DNA of 62,013 bases, counting the filler, from Bdellovibrionota bacterium (GTDB lineage: Bacteria > Bdellovibrionota > Bdellovibrionia > Bdellovibrionales > JAEYZS01): the NCBI GenBank assembly GCA_963169515.1. It is 8 parts of 8 records of this genome, joined end to end, with 100 filler letters (N's around TTAATTAATTAA, not from the genome) between each part and the next. Parts side by side here need not be neighbours in the genome. Positions count along the whole stretch, not along the records: positions 42,604 to 54,170 come from CAUJEF010000132.1; positions 54,271 to 58,923 come from CAUJEF010000133.1; 6 more parts are not named here. One strand, given 5' to 3'. The position numbers were made by a program, and so were the translations under genes. The notes beneath the pieces were generated by a model that worked only from the letters and a program-made list of their open reading frames with translations, did no database searches and was not told where the DNA came from. Positions 49,758 to 59,023 of the stretch are shown here, piece after piece. Position 1 is the stretch's first letter, and every line of letters starts with the position of its first letter.

Positions 49758-51101
49758 ATGAGCAGTGCCAGAGATGTCGTTATCATAGATGGGGTGCGCA
49801 CACCCTTTGCCAAAGCGGGAACAAAGCTGAAAGATGTTCCAGCCCAGAGGTTGGGACAATTTGCTTTAAAAGCTCTACTTGAAAAGACAAGCATTTCCCC
49901 GAATACGATTGAAGAAGTTATTATTGGAAATACAGGCAGTCCAGCGGACGCAGTGAACATTTCGCGCGTGGTTGCGTTGAACGCCGGCCTTCCGATTGGT
50001 GTTTCCGCCCATACAGTTCACCGTAATTGTGCTTCAGCCATGGAAAGCATCGCAACGGCGTTTGATAAAATCAAGGCCGGGGTAACAGACGTTGTAATTG
50101 CAGGCGGAACTGAAAGTATGTCACAAATGCCAATTATGGTGCCACAAAAAATTCAAAGCATATTTGAAAAACTATTTTCAGCAAAGGGGCCTGGGCAAGC
50201 GCTTCCACTTCTTGGGAAATTAATTTCTGCGGACTTAAAGCAAGTAAAGGCGCTGCTTACATCACAGATGAAGGATGCTTACTTCCCGCGGATCGCATTA
50301 GTGGAAGGACTTACGGATCCCTTTGTTGGGATCAACATGGGCGACACGGCCGAGGTTTTAGCAAAAGAATACCATATTTCTCGCCAGGAACAGGATCAGT
50401 ATGCTTTGCACAGCCATCAAAAAGCCGTGGGTGCGCAAAAATCGGGTCGTTTTGCCGAAGAAATTTCACCGGTTTTTTTGCCGCCGAAATTTAAAGAAGT
50501 TGTCGCAGACGATGTCGGGCCACGTGAAAATCAATCCATGGAGCAGTTGGCGAAACTGCGTCCCTTTTTTGACAAAAAGTACGGGACAGTGACCGTAGCA
50601 AACGCCTGTCCGGTGACTGATGGCGCGGCAATGCTGCTTTTGATGAGTCGTGAAAGAGCGGAGAGTCTGGGTTACAAACCTGTGGCGTCGGTTAAATCTT
50701 ATGGTTTTGCGGGCCTTGAACCTGAACGTATGGGGCTGGGTCCTGTCTACGCAACTCCTGTCGCATTAAAGCGGGCGGGGCTTGAGATGAAAGACATTGG
50801 GCTTGTGGAATTGAACGAAGCTTTTGCAGCCCAAGTGATTGCCTGTGAAAGAAGTTTTGCAAGCCACGAATTTGCACAAAAAAAATTAGGATTGGGAAAG
50901 GCCGTCGGAGAAATCGATCCAGATAAATTAAATGTCAATGGTGGAGCCATTGCGCTGGGACACCCGGTGGGAACAACGGGAACACGGCTGGTCCTAACAT
51001 TGATGAAAGAAATGAAAAAACGAGATGTGCAGTACGGCTTAGCCACATTATGTATTGGCGGTGGCCAAGGTGGTGCCATGGTTATTGAACAGGAGAACTA
51101 A
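49758..51101 (+). CDS. acetyl-CoA C-acyltransferase (thiolase, FadI-like)
   Basis: RNCASA, NEAFA, GHPVG, LCIGGG. Confidence 0.93.
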   Translation: MSSARDVVIIDGVRTPFAKAGTKLKDVPAQRLGQFALKALLEKTSISPNTIEEVIIGNTGSPADAVNISRVVALNAGLPIGVSAHTVHRNCASAMESIATAFDKIKAGVTDVVIAGGTESMSQMPIMVPQKIQSIFEKLFSAKGPGQALPLLGKLISADLKQVKALLTSQMKDAYFPRIALVEGLTDPFVGINMGDTAEVLAKEYHISRQEQDQYALHSHQKAVGAQKSGRFAEEISPVFLPPKFKEVVADDVGPRENQSMEQLAKLRPFFDKKYGTVTVANACPVTDGAAMLLLMSRERAESLGYKPVASVKSYGFAGLEPERMGLGPVYATPVALKRAGLEMKDIGLVELNEAFAAQVIACERSFASHEFAQKKLGLGKAVGEIDPDKLNVNGGAIALGHPVGTTGTRLVLTLMKEMKKRDVQYGLATLCIGGGQGGAMVIEQEN

Positions 51102-53275
51102 TGAGCTTAGAAATTCAAAAAAATGCAACAGCAACTCATTTCGATGATAGCTTGAAAATCGTTGGGCGGGGAGATATTGCAATCCTCGAGTTTGATTTGA
51201 AGGGCGATAAGGTCAATAAGCTCTCTTCGCCGATTATGGCAAGGCTCAGCCAGGTACTCGATGAATTAAATAGCAGTACATTTAAAGCCGTGGTGGTCAT
51301 TTCAAGAAAAGACCGAATTTTTATTGCAGGGGCAGATATTGAAGAAATTAAAAACTTAAAGAACCCGCAAATTTCGCAGGAAATGGCGACGATGGGGCAA
51401 AAAATAATTTCCAAATTGGAAGATTTAAAAATCCCTGTAATTGCGGCGATCAACGGAGCGTGTCTTGGTGGCGGGTGTGAATTTGTTTTGTCGTGCGATT
51501 ATCGAATTGCAACCGATGATCCATCGACACAGATTGGATTGCCAGAGGTAAAACTGGGAGTGATTCCTGGTTTTGGCGGCTGTGTTCGACTGCCACGAGT
51601 AATTGGGTTGCAAGCGGCGCTCGATATTATTCTTGCCGGTAAAAGTGCGTTTGGGAAAAAAGCTTTAAAATTGGGCCTAGTTGACGAGCTCGTTCCTGCG
51701 CCAATACTTGAAGAGCGTGCGATAGCGTTTGCTGCAGATATCATCGCAAAAGGTGGGAAAAAGCGCCGTAAAAAATTTCAACCAAAAGGGACCATGAATA
51801 TTCTATTGGAAACTGTATTGCGAGGAATGGTATTGAAAAAAGCCAGGGAAATGACCTTGAAAGCAACACGAGGTCATTATCCAGCGCCGATCAAAGCTAT
51901 TGAAGTGATTAAAGCAACATATGGTATGGGTGACCGTGAAAAGGCATTGGCAATTGAAGCAAAAGGTTTCGGTGAGGTTGCCGCCACGGATGTCAGTAAG
52001 CACCTGATCAATCTCTTTTACCTTACCGAAGGAATTAAAAAACAAACGGGTGTTGCAGATCCTAATATTAAACCGTTGGAAATTTCAAAAATTGCAGTTT
52101 TGGGCGCAGGAACCATGGGGGGTGGCATTGCGCAACTGGGTGCTGACAAGAACTACACTGTCCGTATGAAAGATATCAATAACAACGCCATTGCGTTGGG
52201 CCTGCAGGCTGCACAAAAAATTTGGGATAAAGATTTAGGGAAAAAGAAACTAACGACCTATCAGTATCAGCAAAAGTTTTCAAAAATCAGCGGCGGAACG
52301 AACTATGACGGTTTCGGAAATGCAGACGTTATTATCGAAGCCATCGTTGAAGATATGGATATTAAAAAGAAAGCTTTAGCTGAAACATATAAATATTGTA
52401 AGTCAGATGTGATTATTGCAACCAATACATCTTCACTGTCTGTAAACGAAATGGCCACGGCAGTCCCAAGGCCCGAAAATTTTATTGGCATGCATTTTTT
52501 CAACCCAGTGGACAAGATGCCTCTGATAGAGGTCGTTCGTGGAGACAAGACCAGCGACCAAACCGTGGCAACAATTTTTAATCTGTGCAAGAAAATGGGA
52601 AAAATCCCAGTCGTTATGAAAGATGGTCCCGGATTTTTGGTAAACCGTCTTCTGTTGCCCTATCTGAACGAAGCTGTTTATTTGTTAGGTGAAGGTCATT
52701 CTGTTGAAGACATCGACAAGGCTTTTCTTAATTTTGGTATGCCAATGGGCCCATTACATTTGATTGATGAAATCGGTATCGATGTTGCGATCAAAGTAGC
52801 AAAAGGTTTTCACAAATCATTTGGGGAACGTGCAAAACCATCGGATTTGATGATCAAAATTGCAAACGGTGGGCGCCTAGGCAAAAAAAATCGCAAAGGC
52901 ATTTACAAATATGACGAGCGCGGCAAAAAGCAAGGCGTGGACCAATCTATCTACAAAGACCTTGATTTGAAAGTGCCAACAAAAAAATTGGATTCTGAAG
53001 AGGCAGTTCAGCGTTGCATTTATGCAATGATCAACGAAGCGGCGTTGGCATTTCACGAGGACCGAATTGTGAAGCGCGCGGAAGATGTGGACCTTTCAAT
53101 GATTATGGGAACGGGATTTCCGCCATTCCGTGGTGGATTACTGAAATATGCAGATACCATTGGAACCGAAAATATAGTGGACGCTTTGGAAGAGTTTGCA
53201 AGCAAGATCGGCTCGCGATTCACGCCATCTGTTCCGCTTAAGAGCATGGCCAAAACCCAAAGGAAATTTTATTAG
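51101..53275 (+). CDS. fadJ: fatty acid oxidation complex alpha subunit (FadJ/FadB-like)
   Basis: Crotonase domain GLPEVKLG; GAGTMGGGIA; ATNTSS; GMHFFNP; GFPPFRGG. Confidence 0.88.
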   Translation: MSLEIQKNATATHFDDSLKIVGRGDIAILEFDLKGDKVNKLSSPIMARLSQVLDELNSSTFKAVVVISRKDRIFIAGADIEEIKNLKNPQISQEMATMGQKIISKLEDLKIPVIAAINGACLGGGCEFVLSCDYRIATDDPSTQIGLPEVKLGVIPGFGGCVRLPRVIGLQAALDIILAGKSAFGKKALKLGLVDELVPAPILEERAIAFAADIIAKGGKKRRKKFQPKGTMNILLETVLRGMVLKKAREMTLKATRGHYPAPIKAIEVIKATYGMGDREKALAIEAKGFGEVAATDVSKHLINLFYLTEGIKKQTGVADPNIKPLEISKIAVLGAGTMGGGIAQLGADKNYTVRMKDINNNAIALGLQAAQKIWDKDLGKKKLTTYQYQQKFSKISGGTNYDGFGNADVIIEAIVEDMDIKKKALAETYKYCKSDVIIATNTSSLSVNEMATAVPRPENFIGMHFFNPVDKMPLIEVVRGDKTSDQTVATIFNLCKKMGKIPVVMKDGPGFLVNRLLLPYLNEAVYLLGEGHSVEDIDKAFLNFGMPMGPLHLIDEIGIDVAIKVAKGFHKSFGERAKPSDLMIKIANGGRLGKKNRKGIYKYDERGKKQGVDQSIYKDLDLKVPTKKLDSEEAVQRCIYAMINEAALAFHEDRIVKRAEDVDLSMIMGTGFPPFRGGLLKYADTIGTENIVDALEEFASKIGSRFTPSVPLKSMAKTQRKFY

Positions 53276-53356
53276 GTACGCCGTTCCCTTTCAGGAGACG
53301 GTGCATCACAAAATTAGATCCTGATTTTTTGGGAGTTAGGTCAGGGGAATAAACGT

Positions 53357-54170
53357 ATGAAAATATTTGTCATTGGTATTTTGCTTTTATTCCTACAGGT
53401 TTTATCCCTGCGGGCGATGGCGCTTTCTAATTCGTACCGTGTGAATGCAAGCACAAACCAAGACATTTACGAACACGGTTTATGTCGAAATGTTTCAAAT
53501 ACCTTGGGAAGCGATCTTTTTGTACCGACAAAAACCTTGGCAGAATGGAATTCCCTAATTACGTCGCCACCAACAGGGGTTAATATTACAGAATGTGCGA
53601 CCTCAGCGTGCCTTAACACAAGCACCGGCGGAACGATTACAACGGATGGAAAATTTCGGGTTCATACCTTTACTGCAGGAGGTACGTTTACCGCAAGCTG
53701 TGCGGGCACAGTTTGGTATCTGGTCGTTGGCGGCGGTGGTGGTGGTGGCTTGTCCACGAGCAGCACCCGCAGTGGTGGTGGTGGTGGCGGTGGCGGTGTG
53801 CGCGAGGCTTCGCTCGCAGTCACGGCCACAAGTTATACAATCACAGTTGGAGCGGGTGGTGATGGTTCATTAGGTGTTGGTGACAATGGAACCGAAGTCG
53901 GAACTTTAAGATCTGGGGCAGATTCAATTTTTTCAACAATTACGTCAATCGGTGGCGGTGGTGGTGGTAACGGGGGCGCTGGCGATGGTGCCGATGGCGG
54001 GTCTGGTGGTGGTTCGGGCCGGAACGAAACAGCAGTTCGTGGTTTGGGAACGGCTGGACAAGGAACAAACGGTGGATTTGGTTCGCCAGGTGGGACAGCT
54101 GGAAATTTGGGCGGTGGCGGTGGCGGCGGCGCAGGTGTTGCGGGAACAAATGGAACCAACACAGCTGGGG
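53357..54170 (+). CDS. secreted glycine-rich domain protein, 3'-truncated
   Basis: Signal peptide, FVPTKT..EW module, VHTFT, YLVVGGGGGGG, ITVGAGG, GGSGGG. Confidence 0.75.
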
Positions 54171-54270
54171 NNNNNNNNNNNNNNNNNNNNNNNNNNNNNN
54201 NNNNNNNNNNNNNNTTAATTAATTAANNNNNNNNNNNNNNNNNNNNNNNNNNNNNNNNNNNNNNNNNNNN
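54171..54270. other. artificial contig linker
   Basis: N44-TTAATTAATTAA-N44. Confidence 0.99.
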
Positions 54271-54368
54271 CGATCGGGCCATTACGGTTTGAGTGGGGCT
54301 TCCCAATCAACCGTCAATCGGGCGAGTCTCCAACCAATTTTGAATTTGCGATTGGGGCGCCATTTTAA
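54271..54368 (+). CDS. bamA: C-terminal fragment of BamA
   Basis: Manual translation IGPLRFEWGFPINRQSGESPTNFEFAIGAPF*; upstream of skp. Confidence 0.85.
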
Positions 54369-54431
54369 TATGATATACAATTTTTTAAAATTGAAAGTTA
54401 AGTTTTTAAAAATAAAAAAGGAGAAATCGGT

Positions 54432-54932
54432 ATGAAGAAAATTTTAATCACTTTGGCGGCAGTGTTGCTGACTGTTGGTGCCGAAGCAAACACAGGGAAA
54501 GTTGGATTTATTGATATGCAGAAAGCGATTCAAGCCACAAAAGAAGGCCAAAAGGCAAAAAAAGAACTTGAGACCGAATTCAATAAGCGCAAAGAGACCT
54601 TGAAGAAAAAAGAGGGCGATTTAAGAAAAATGGCTGAAGATCTTGAAAAGAAATCTATGGTTTTGTCTGAGGAAGTCAAAGCACAAAAACAGCGTGAGTT
54701 TCAGGAATCAATGGGCGAATTCCAAAAAACGGTTCAAAAGAATCAACAAGAAATTCAAGAGCGCGAGCAAAAGCTAACCGAACCGATCCTTGATAAAATG
54801 AAAAAAGTCATCGCCACCATCGCTTCAAAAGAAGGGTATACGATGATTCTTTTGAAAAAAGAGGACAATGTTCTGTGGGCGACTGCCGATGCCGATCTTA
54901 CCGACAGGGTCGTGAAAGAGTACAGCAAGTAA
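54432..54932 (+). CDS. skp: OmpH/Skp chaperone
   Basis: Signal peptide, KVGFIDMQ, coiled coil, DLTDRVV; synteny with bamA. Confidence 0.92.
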   Translation: MKKILITLAAVLLTVGAEANTGKVGFIDMQKAIQATKEGQKAKKELETEFNKRKETLKKKEGDLRKMAEDLEKKSMVLSEEVKAQKQREFQESMGEFQKTVQKNQQEIQEREQKLTEPILDKMKKVIATIASKEGYTMILLKKEDNVLWATADADLTDRVVKEYSK

Positions 54933-54933
54933 T

Positions 54934-55395
54934 ATGACCCCAGAAATTCGGAAAACAATGTCAACAGTTGAAATCATGGGGATGCTTCCCCATCGATTTC
55001 CGTTTATGTTGGTGGATCGGGTAATCGACAATAAAGTGGGACCAGATGGGGTACAAGAAGTCACTGCTATTAAAGCTGTGACCATTAACGAACCCTTTTT
55101 CCCTGGGCATTTTCCGAATCACCCGATCATGCCTGGAGTTCTTATTATAGAAGCCCTCGCTCAAGCCTGTGCGCTATTGGTGTTTAGGCCACATCCGACA
55201 GGAGACAAATGGAAATTCTATATTCTGGGAATTGACGGCGCTCGATTTAGAAAACCCGTGCTTCCTGGAGCAACTCTGATTTTAAAGGGACGATTATTAA
55301 AACAAAGGTCCACATTTTTGACTTTTGATTGTAAGGCATACATTGGCGACGAATTAGCTTGCGAAGCTGAAATTATGGCTCAAATGGTACAATAG
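54934..55395 (+). CDS. fabZ: 3-hydroxyacyl-ACP dehydratase
   Basis: LPHRFPFMLVDRV, GHFP..PIMPGVLIIEALAQ. Confidence 0.96.
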   Translation: MTPEIRKTMSTVEIMGMLPHRFPFMLVDRVIDNKVGPDGVQEVTAIKAVTINEPFFPGHFPNHPIMPGVLIIEALAQACALLVFRPHPTGDKWKFYILGIDGARFRKPVLPGATLILKGRLLKQRSTFLTFDCKAYIGDELACEAEIMAQMVQ

Positions 55396-55403
55396 GAAGT
55401 TTT

Positions 55404-56186
55404 ATGACGATTCATTCGACTGCAATTATTTCTGAAGAAGTACAATTGGGGAAAGATGTTGTTGTTGGCCCATATACAATTATAAAAGGGCAAGCTAAGA
55501 TCGGTGCGGGAACAATCATTGAAAATGGCGTCACCATCGGTTCTGACCATGGCATTGTTGAAATCGGGGAACAAAATCACATATACGCTGGTGCCGCAAT
55601 TGGCGGTCCGCCACAAGATAAAAAATATAATAATGACAACACTCGCCTGGTGATTGGAGATAAAAATCAAATTCGCGAATTTGCAACTTTGAATATTGGA
55701 ACGGTACCTGGCGGTGGAACTACGAACGTGGGCAATGGCAATTTGATCATGGCCTATGTGCATGTGGGACACGATTGTTTTTTGGGCAACAATAGTGTGC
55801 TTGCAAATAACTGTCAGTTGGCGGGACATGTTCATATCGGAAATAATGTGACCGTTGGCGGATCTTGCGGCATCAGTCAGTTCGTAAAAATTGGAAATTT
55901 TGCTTTTATCGCTGGATTCAGTGCAGTTAACAAAGATATTTTGCCGTACTGTATTGCTCAAGGAAATTATGCCACCGTTCGAGCCGCAAACAAGATTGGT
56001 TTAGAGCGCGCAGGTTTTACAGCGGCACAAGTCGAAGCTATTTATAAAGCCATTCGTATTCTTTCAAAAGGAAGCGATACAATCGAAGCACGAATCGCAC
56101 GCATAATTGAGGAGTGCGGGCGCACAGCTGAAATTGATAACATTATCGAATTCATCCGAAGTTCTAAAAGAGGACTGGCAATATGA
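55404..56186 (+). CDS. lpxA: acyl-ACP--UDP-GlcNAc acyltransferase
   Basis: Hexapeptide repeats, PQDKKY, IREF, HVGHDC, LAGHV. Confidence 0.95.
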   Translation: MTIHSTAIISEEVQLGKDVVVGPYTIIKGQAKIGAGTIIENGVTIGSDHGIVEIGEQNHIYAGAAIGGPPQDKKYNNDNTRLVIGDKNQIREFATLNIGTVPGGGTTNVGNGNLIMAYVHVGHDCFLGNNSVLANNCQLAGHVHIGNNVTVGGSCGISQFVKIGNFAFIAGFSAVNKDILPYCIAQGNYATVRAANKIGLERAGFTAAQVEAIYKAIRILSKGSDTIEARIARIIEECGRTAEIDNIIEFIRSSKRGLAI

Positions 56187-57127
56187 CGTCTAAATTGAGA
56201 ACTGCTGTTGTTGGCGTTGGATATCTTGGACGTTTTCACGCTCAAAAATACAAACAGCTTCCGGATACAGAATTGGTTGGAGTCTGTGATTTAAATCCTG
56301 ATAATGCACGGAAAATCGCCGAAGAACTTCAGGTCCCAGCTTTCTTTAACGCACAGGAACTGATCGGCAAGGTCGACGCGGTTTCGATTGCGTCTACTAC
56401 CCGTACACACTATGAGCTCACTAAATTATTTTTAGAAAATGGCGTTCACGTTTTGGTCGAAAAACCAATGACGCTGAAAAGTACAGAGGGCGAAGAACTC
56501 TGTCAAATTGCAAAAAGTAAAAAATTAAAGTTGCAAGTGGGTCATGTTGAGCGGTTCAACTCGGCTTTTGTTGCAGCACAAGAAAAATTAAATAATCCAT
56601 TATTTATCGAGGCACATCGATTGGCGCCATTCAAGCCCCGATCGACAGATGTTGACGTGATCTTGGACGTAATGATTCACGACCTAGACGTGTTGATGGC
56701 GTTGGTTAAATCGAAAGCGAAATCTGTTTCCGCGGTCGGAGTTCCAGTTATCACCGGTCATACGGATATTGCAAATGCGCGCATTGAATTTGAATCTGGT
56801 TGTGTCGCAAATGTTACGGCCAGCCGAGTTTCCATGTATTCGACTCGAAAATTCAGAGTTTTTCAGCCAGATCAATATCTGTCCATTGATTTTGAAAAAG
56901 GTGATATTTCACTCATCACCAAAGTAGGCGAATGGGAACAGGATAAGATTCCATTGGAAAATCAAATGTGGAACTTGAAAAAGACTGATGCCATTCTAGA
57001 AGAAACAAAGGCCTTTGTTGATGCCATTTTAAAAAATAAACCTGTCCCGGTTCCAGGAGAAGACGCTGTCAAGGCGCTTAAACTTGCGGAGAGGATTCTT
57101 GAAGACATCCAACGGCGCCACGTCTAA
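56183..57127 (+). CDS. Gfo/Idh/MocA oxidoreductase, GnnA-like
   Basis: GVGYLGRFHA, EKPM, GHVERFN, DVMIHDLD; lies between lpxA and lpxB. Confidence 0.85.
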   Translation: MTSKLRTAVVGVGYLGRFHAQKYKQLPDTELVGVCDLNPDNARKIAEELQVPAFFNAQELIGKVDAVSIASTTRTHYELTKLFLENGVHVLVEKPMTLKSTEGEELCQIAKSKKLKLQVGHVERFNSAFVAAQEKLNNPLFIEAHRLAPFKPRSTDVDVILDVMIHDLDVLMALVKSKAKSVSAVGVPVITGHTDIANARIEFESGCVANVTASRVSMYSTRKFRVFQPDQYLSIDFEKGDISLITKVGEWEQDKIPLENQMWNLKKTDAILEETKAFVDAILKNKPVPVPGEDAVKALKLAERILEDIQRRHV

Positions 57128-58271
57128 ATTAAAAGTTTTGATTGTAGCAGCAGAGGCATCAAGCTCGCTGTATGCAGAAAGACTGTTGGAACATTGGAAC
57201 AGATCAAATATATCCTACGAGGCTTTCGGTATTGGAAGTGCGGGTATGGAAAAGCTTGGTTTTCGTCGGATAGGCAAGGCCGAGGAATTGGCCGTTGTTG
57301 GTTTTCAAGAAGTGCTTTCTAATTTTGGAAAGATCTATCGTGTTTTTCATAATCTTGTCAGCGAGGCTAAAAAACAGAATCCGGATTTTGTTCTGTTAAT
57401 GGATTATCCAGATTTTAATTTTCGACTGGCAAAAAAATTGAAAGAGCTGAATTTAAAAATTATCTATTACATTTCACCGCAAGTTTGGGCATGGAGACAA
57501 GGGCGCGTTCATTTTATAAAAAAATATTTTGATAAGATGCTGGTTTTGTTTCCTTTCGAAGTTGATTTTTATCGAAAATTTGGAATTGATGTTGAGTTTG
57601 TGGGACACCCGCTGTTGGATGAAATAAATGGCGATAAATACAGCGAATCTGTTCGACAGGACCTTCGAAGTCGGTATGGGATTCCGACGAATAATTTTGT
57701 GTTAGCACTCATGCCTGGAAGCAGAAGATCTGAACTTAAGCACCACTTGCTAACCCAGGTCCATACGGCAGCACAAATTTACAGGCAAAATGAAAACATA
57801 TCTGTAATTCTATGTGTAGCGCCGACGCTGGATATTGAAGAGGTTCGAAGCCATTTGCCCAAGGATCTAGATATCCCCTTAATTTTAATAAAAAAAGATC
57901 CATTCGAGATGGCCTTGATGTCCGATTTTGTGTTGTGTGCATCGGGGACCGCGACGCTGACTGTGGGATTGATGGAAAAGCCGATGGCCATCATGTACAA
58001 GATGAATTCGCTGACGGTAAAACTTGCAAGCTATATCATGAAAAGGCCAAAATATTTTGGAATGGTTAATTTGATATTGGATAAGATGGTTTCAAAAGAA
58101 TTTTTTCAAGAAGAGGCCGTGGAAAGCCACCTCGTGCCCTATATAGAAGAACATATTAAAAACTCAAAATGTATTCAAAATCAAGTGTCCGATTTGAAAG
58201 AGCTTAAGGTAAAATTGGGGCAAGCAGGCGTTACCGAGCGTGTTTCAAAGGCACTTTTGGGGTTAAGATGA
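57099..58271 (+). CDS. lpxB: lipid-A-disaccharide synthase
   Basis: DYPDFN, YISPQVWAWR, GHPL, PGSRRSE, SGTATL. Start uncertain (TTG 57084 or 57099). Confidence 0.94.
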   Translation: MKTSNGATSKLKVLIVAAEASSSLYAERLLEHWNRSNISYEAFGIGSAGMEKLGFRRIGKAEELAVVGFQEVLSNFGKIYRVFHNLVSEAKKQNPDFVLLMDYPDFNFRLAKKLKELNLKIIYYISPQVWAWRQGRVHFIKKYFDKMLVLFPFEVDFYRKFGIDVEFVGHPLLDEINGDKYSESVRQDLRSRYGIPTNNFVLALMPGSRRSELKHHLLTQVHTAAQIYRQNENISVILCVAPTLDIEEVRSHLPKDLDIPLILIKKDPFEMALMSDFVLCASGTATLTVGLMEKPMAIMYKMNSLTVKLASYIMKRPKYFGMVNLILDKMVSKEFFQEEAVESHLVPYIEEHIKNSKCIQNQVSDLKELKVKLGQAGVTERVSKALLGLR

Positions 58272-58923
58272 AACTGTTGTCCACCCTATTCGGCCATACT
58301 GTTGGGTTAAGAAACTTCCTTTACGATAAAAAAATTCTTCCGTCGTTTAGCTCGAAAGCATGGGTCGTGTCGGTTGGAAATATTACTGTCGGTGGCACGG
58401 GCAAAACGCCATGCGTGGATTTTTTATTGTCGTTATTGGAAAAAAAGAACCATAAGATCGCAGTTATCAGTCGTGGTTACAAGAGCCAAAAAAAGGGGTT
58501 CAATAAAGTCGATAAAGATCATGCTCATGCCGGCTTTCTTTTTGGTGATGAGCCGTCTTGGCTTGCGTCCCGGCATCCAAATGTGCCGGTGTACATATCT
58601 CCGGATCGAGTAAAAGGTGTCTTGGCGATTGAAAAAGAATTTTCACCAGAGATCATAATTGCAGATGATGCTTTTCAGCATCGTAGATTACTGCGGGATC
58701 GAGACATCGTGGTTATCGACGCGACAGAGGCGAAAGAAAACTATAGACTTCTTCCGATGGGGCGAGCACGCGAGAGCTTTGATTCGTTAAGGCGGGCCCA
58801 CGCAATCTTTTTGACAAAAACAAATCTTGTTACGTCAGACGTTTTGCGTTGGATACACGGGAACATTCGATTTAATAAAAATATTTTTAACTTCGAAATG
58901 ATCGTCGATAAAATATACAATTT
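58268..58923 (+). CDS. lpxK: tetraacyldisaccharide 4'-kinase, 3'-truncated
   Basis: SVGNITVGGTGKTP, SRGY, GDEP, DDAFQH, LPMGRARE. Confidence 0.94.
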
Positions 58924-59023
58924 NNNNNNNNNNNNNNNNNNNNNNNNNNNNNNNNNNNNNNNNNNNNTTAATTAATTAANNNNNNNNNNNNNNNNNNNNN
59001 NNNNNNNNNNNNNNNNNNNNNNN
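58924..59023. other. artificial contig linker
   Basis: N44-TTAATTAATTAA-N44. Confidence 0.99.

Noticed and set aside
53725..54135. GGT/GGC runs as a DNA repeat element
   Set aside because: Explained by poly-glycine coding.
57084..57127. lpxB lacking a start codon (ACG where ATG is expected at 57120)
   Set aside because: An in-frame TTG at 57099 with GGAG 7 nt upstream is an adequate start, so there is no need to invoke a pseudogene.
10584..59023. Seven copies of TTAATTAATTAA flanked by N runs as a repeat or CRISPR-like array
   Set aside because: Identical 100-nt six-frame-stop linkers, so an assembly artefact. ORF-track proteins ending X..LIN are artefacts too.
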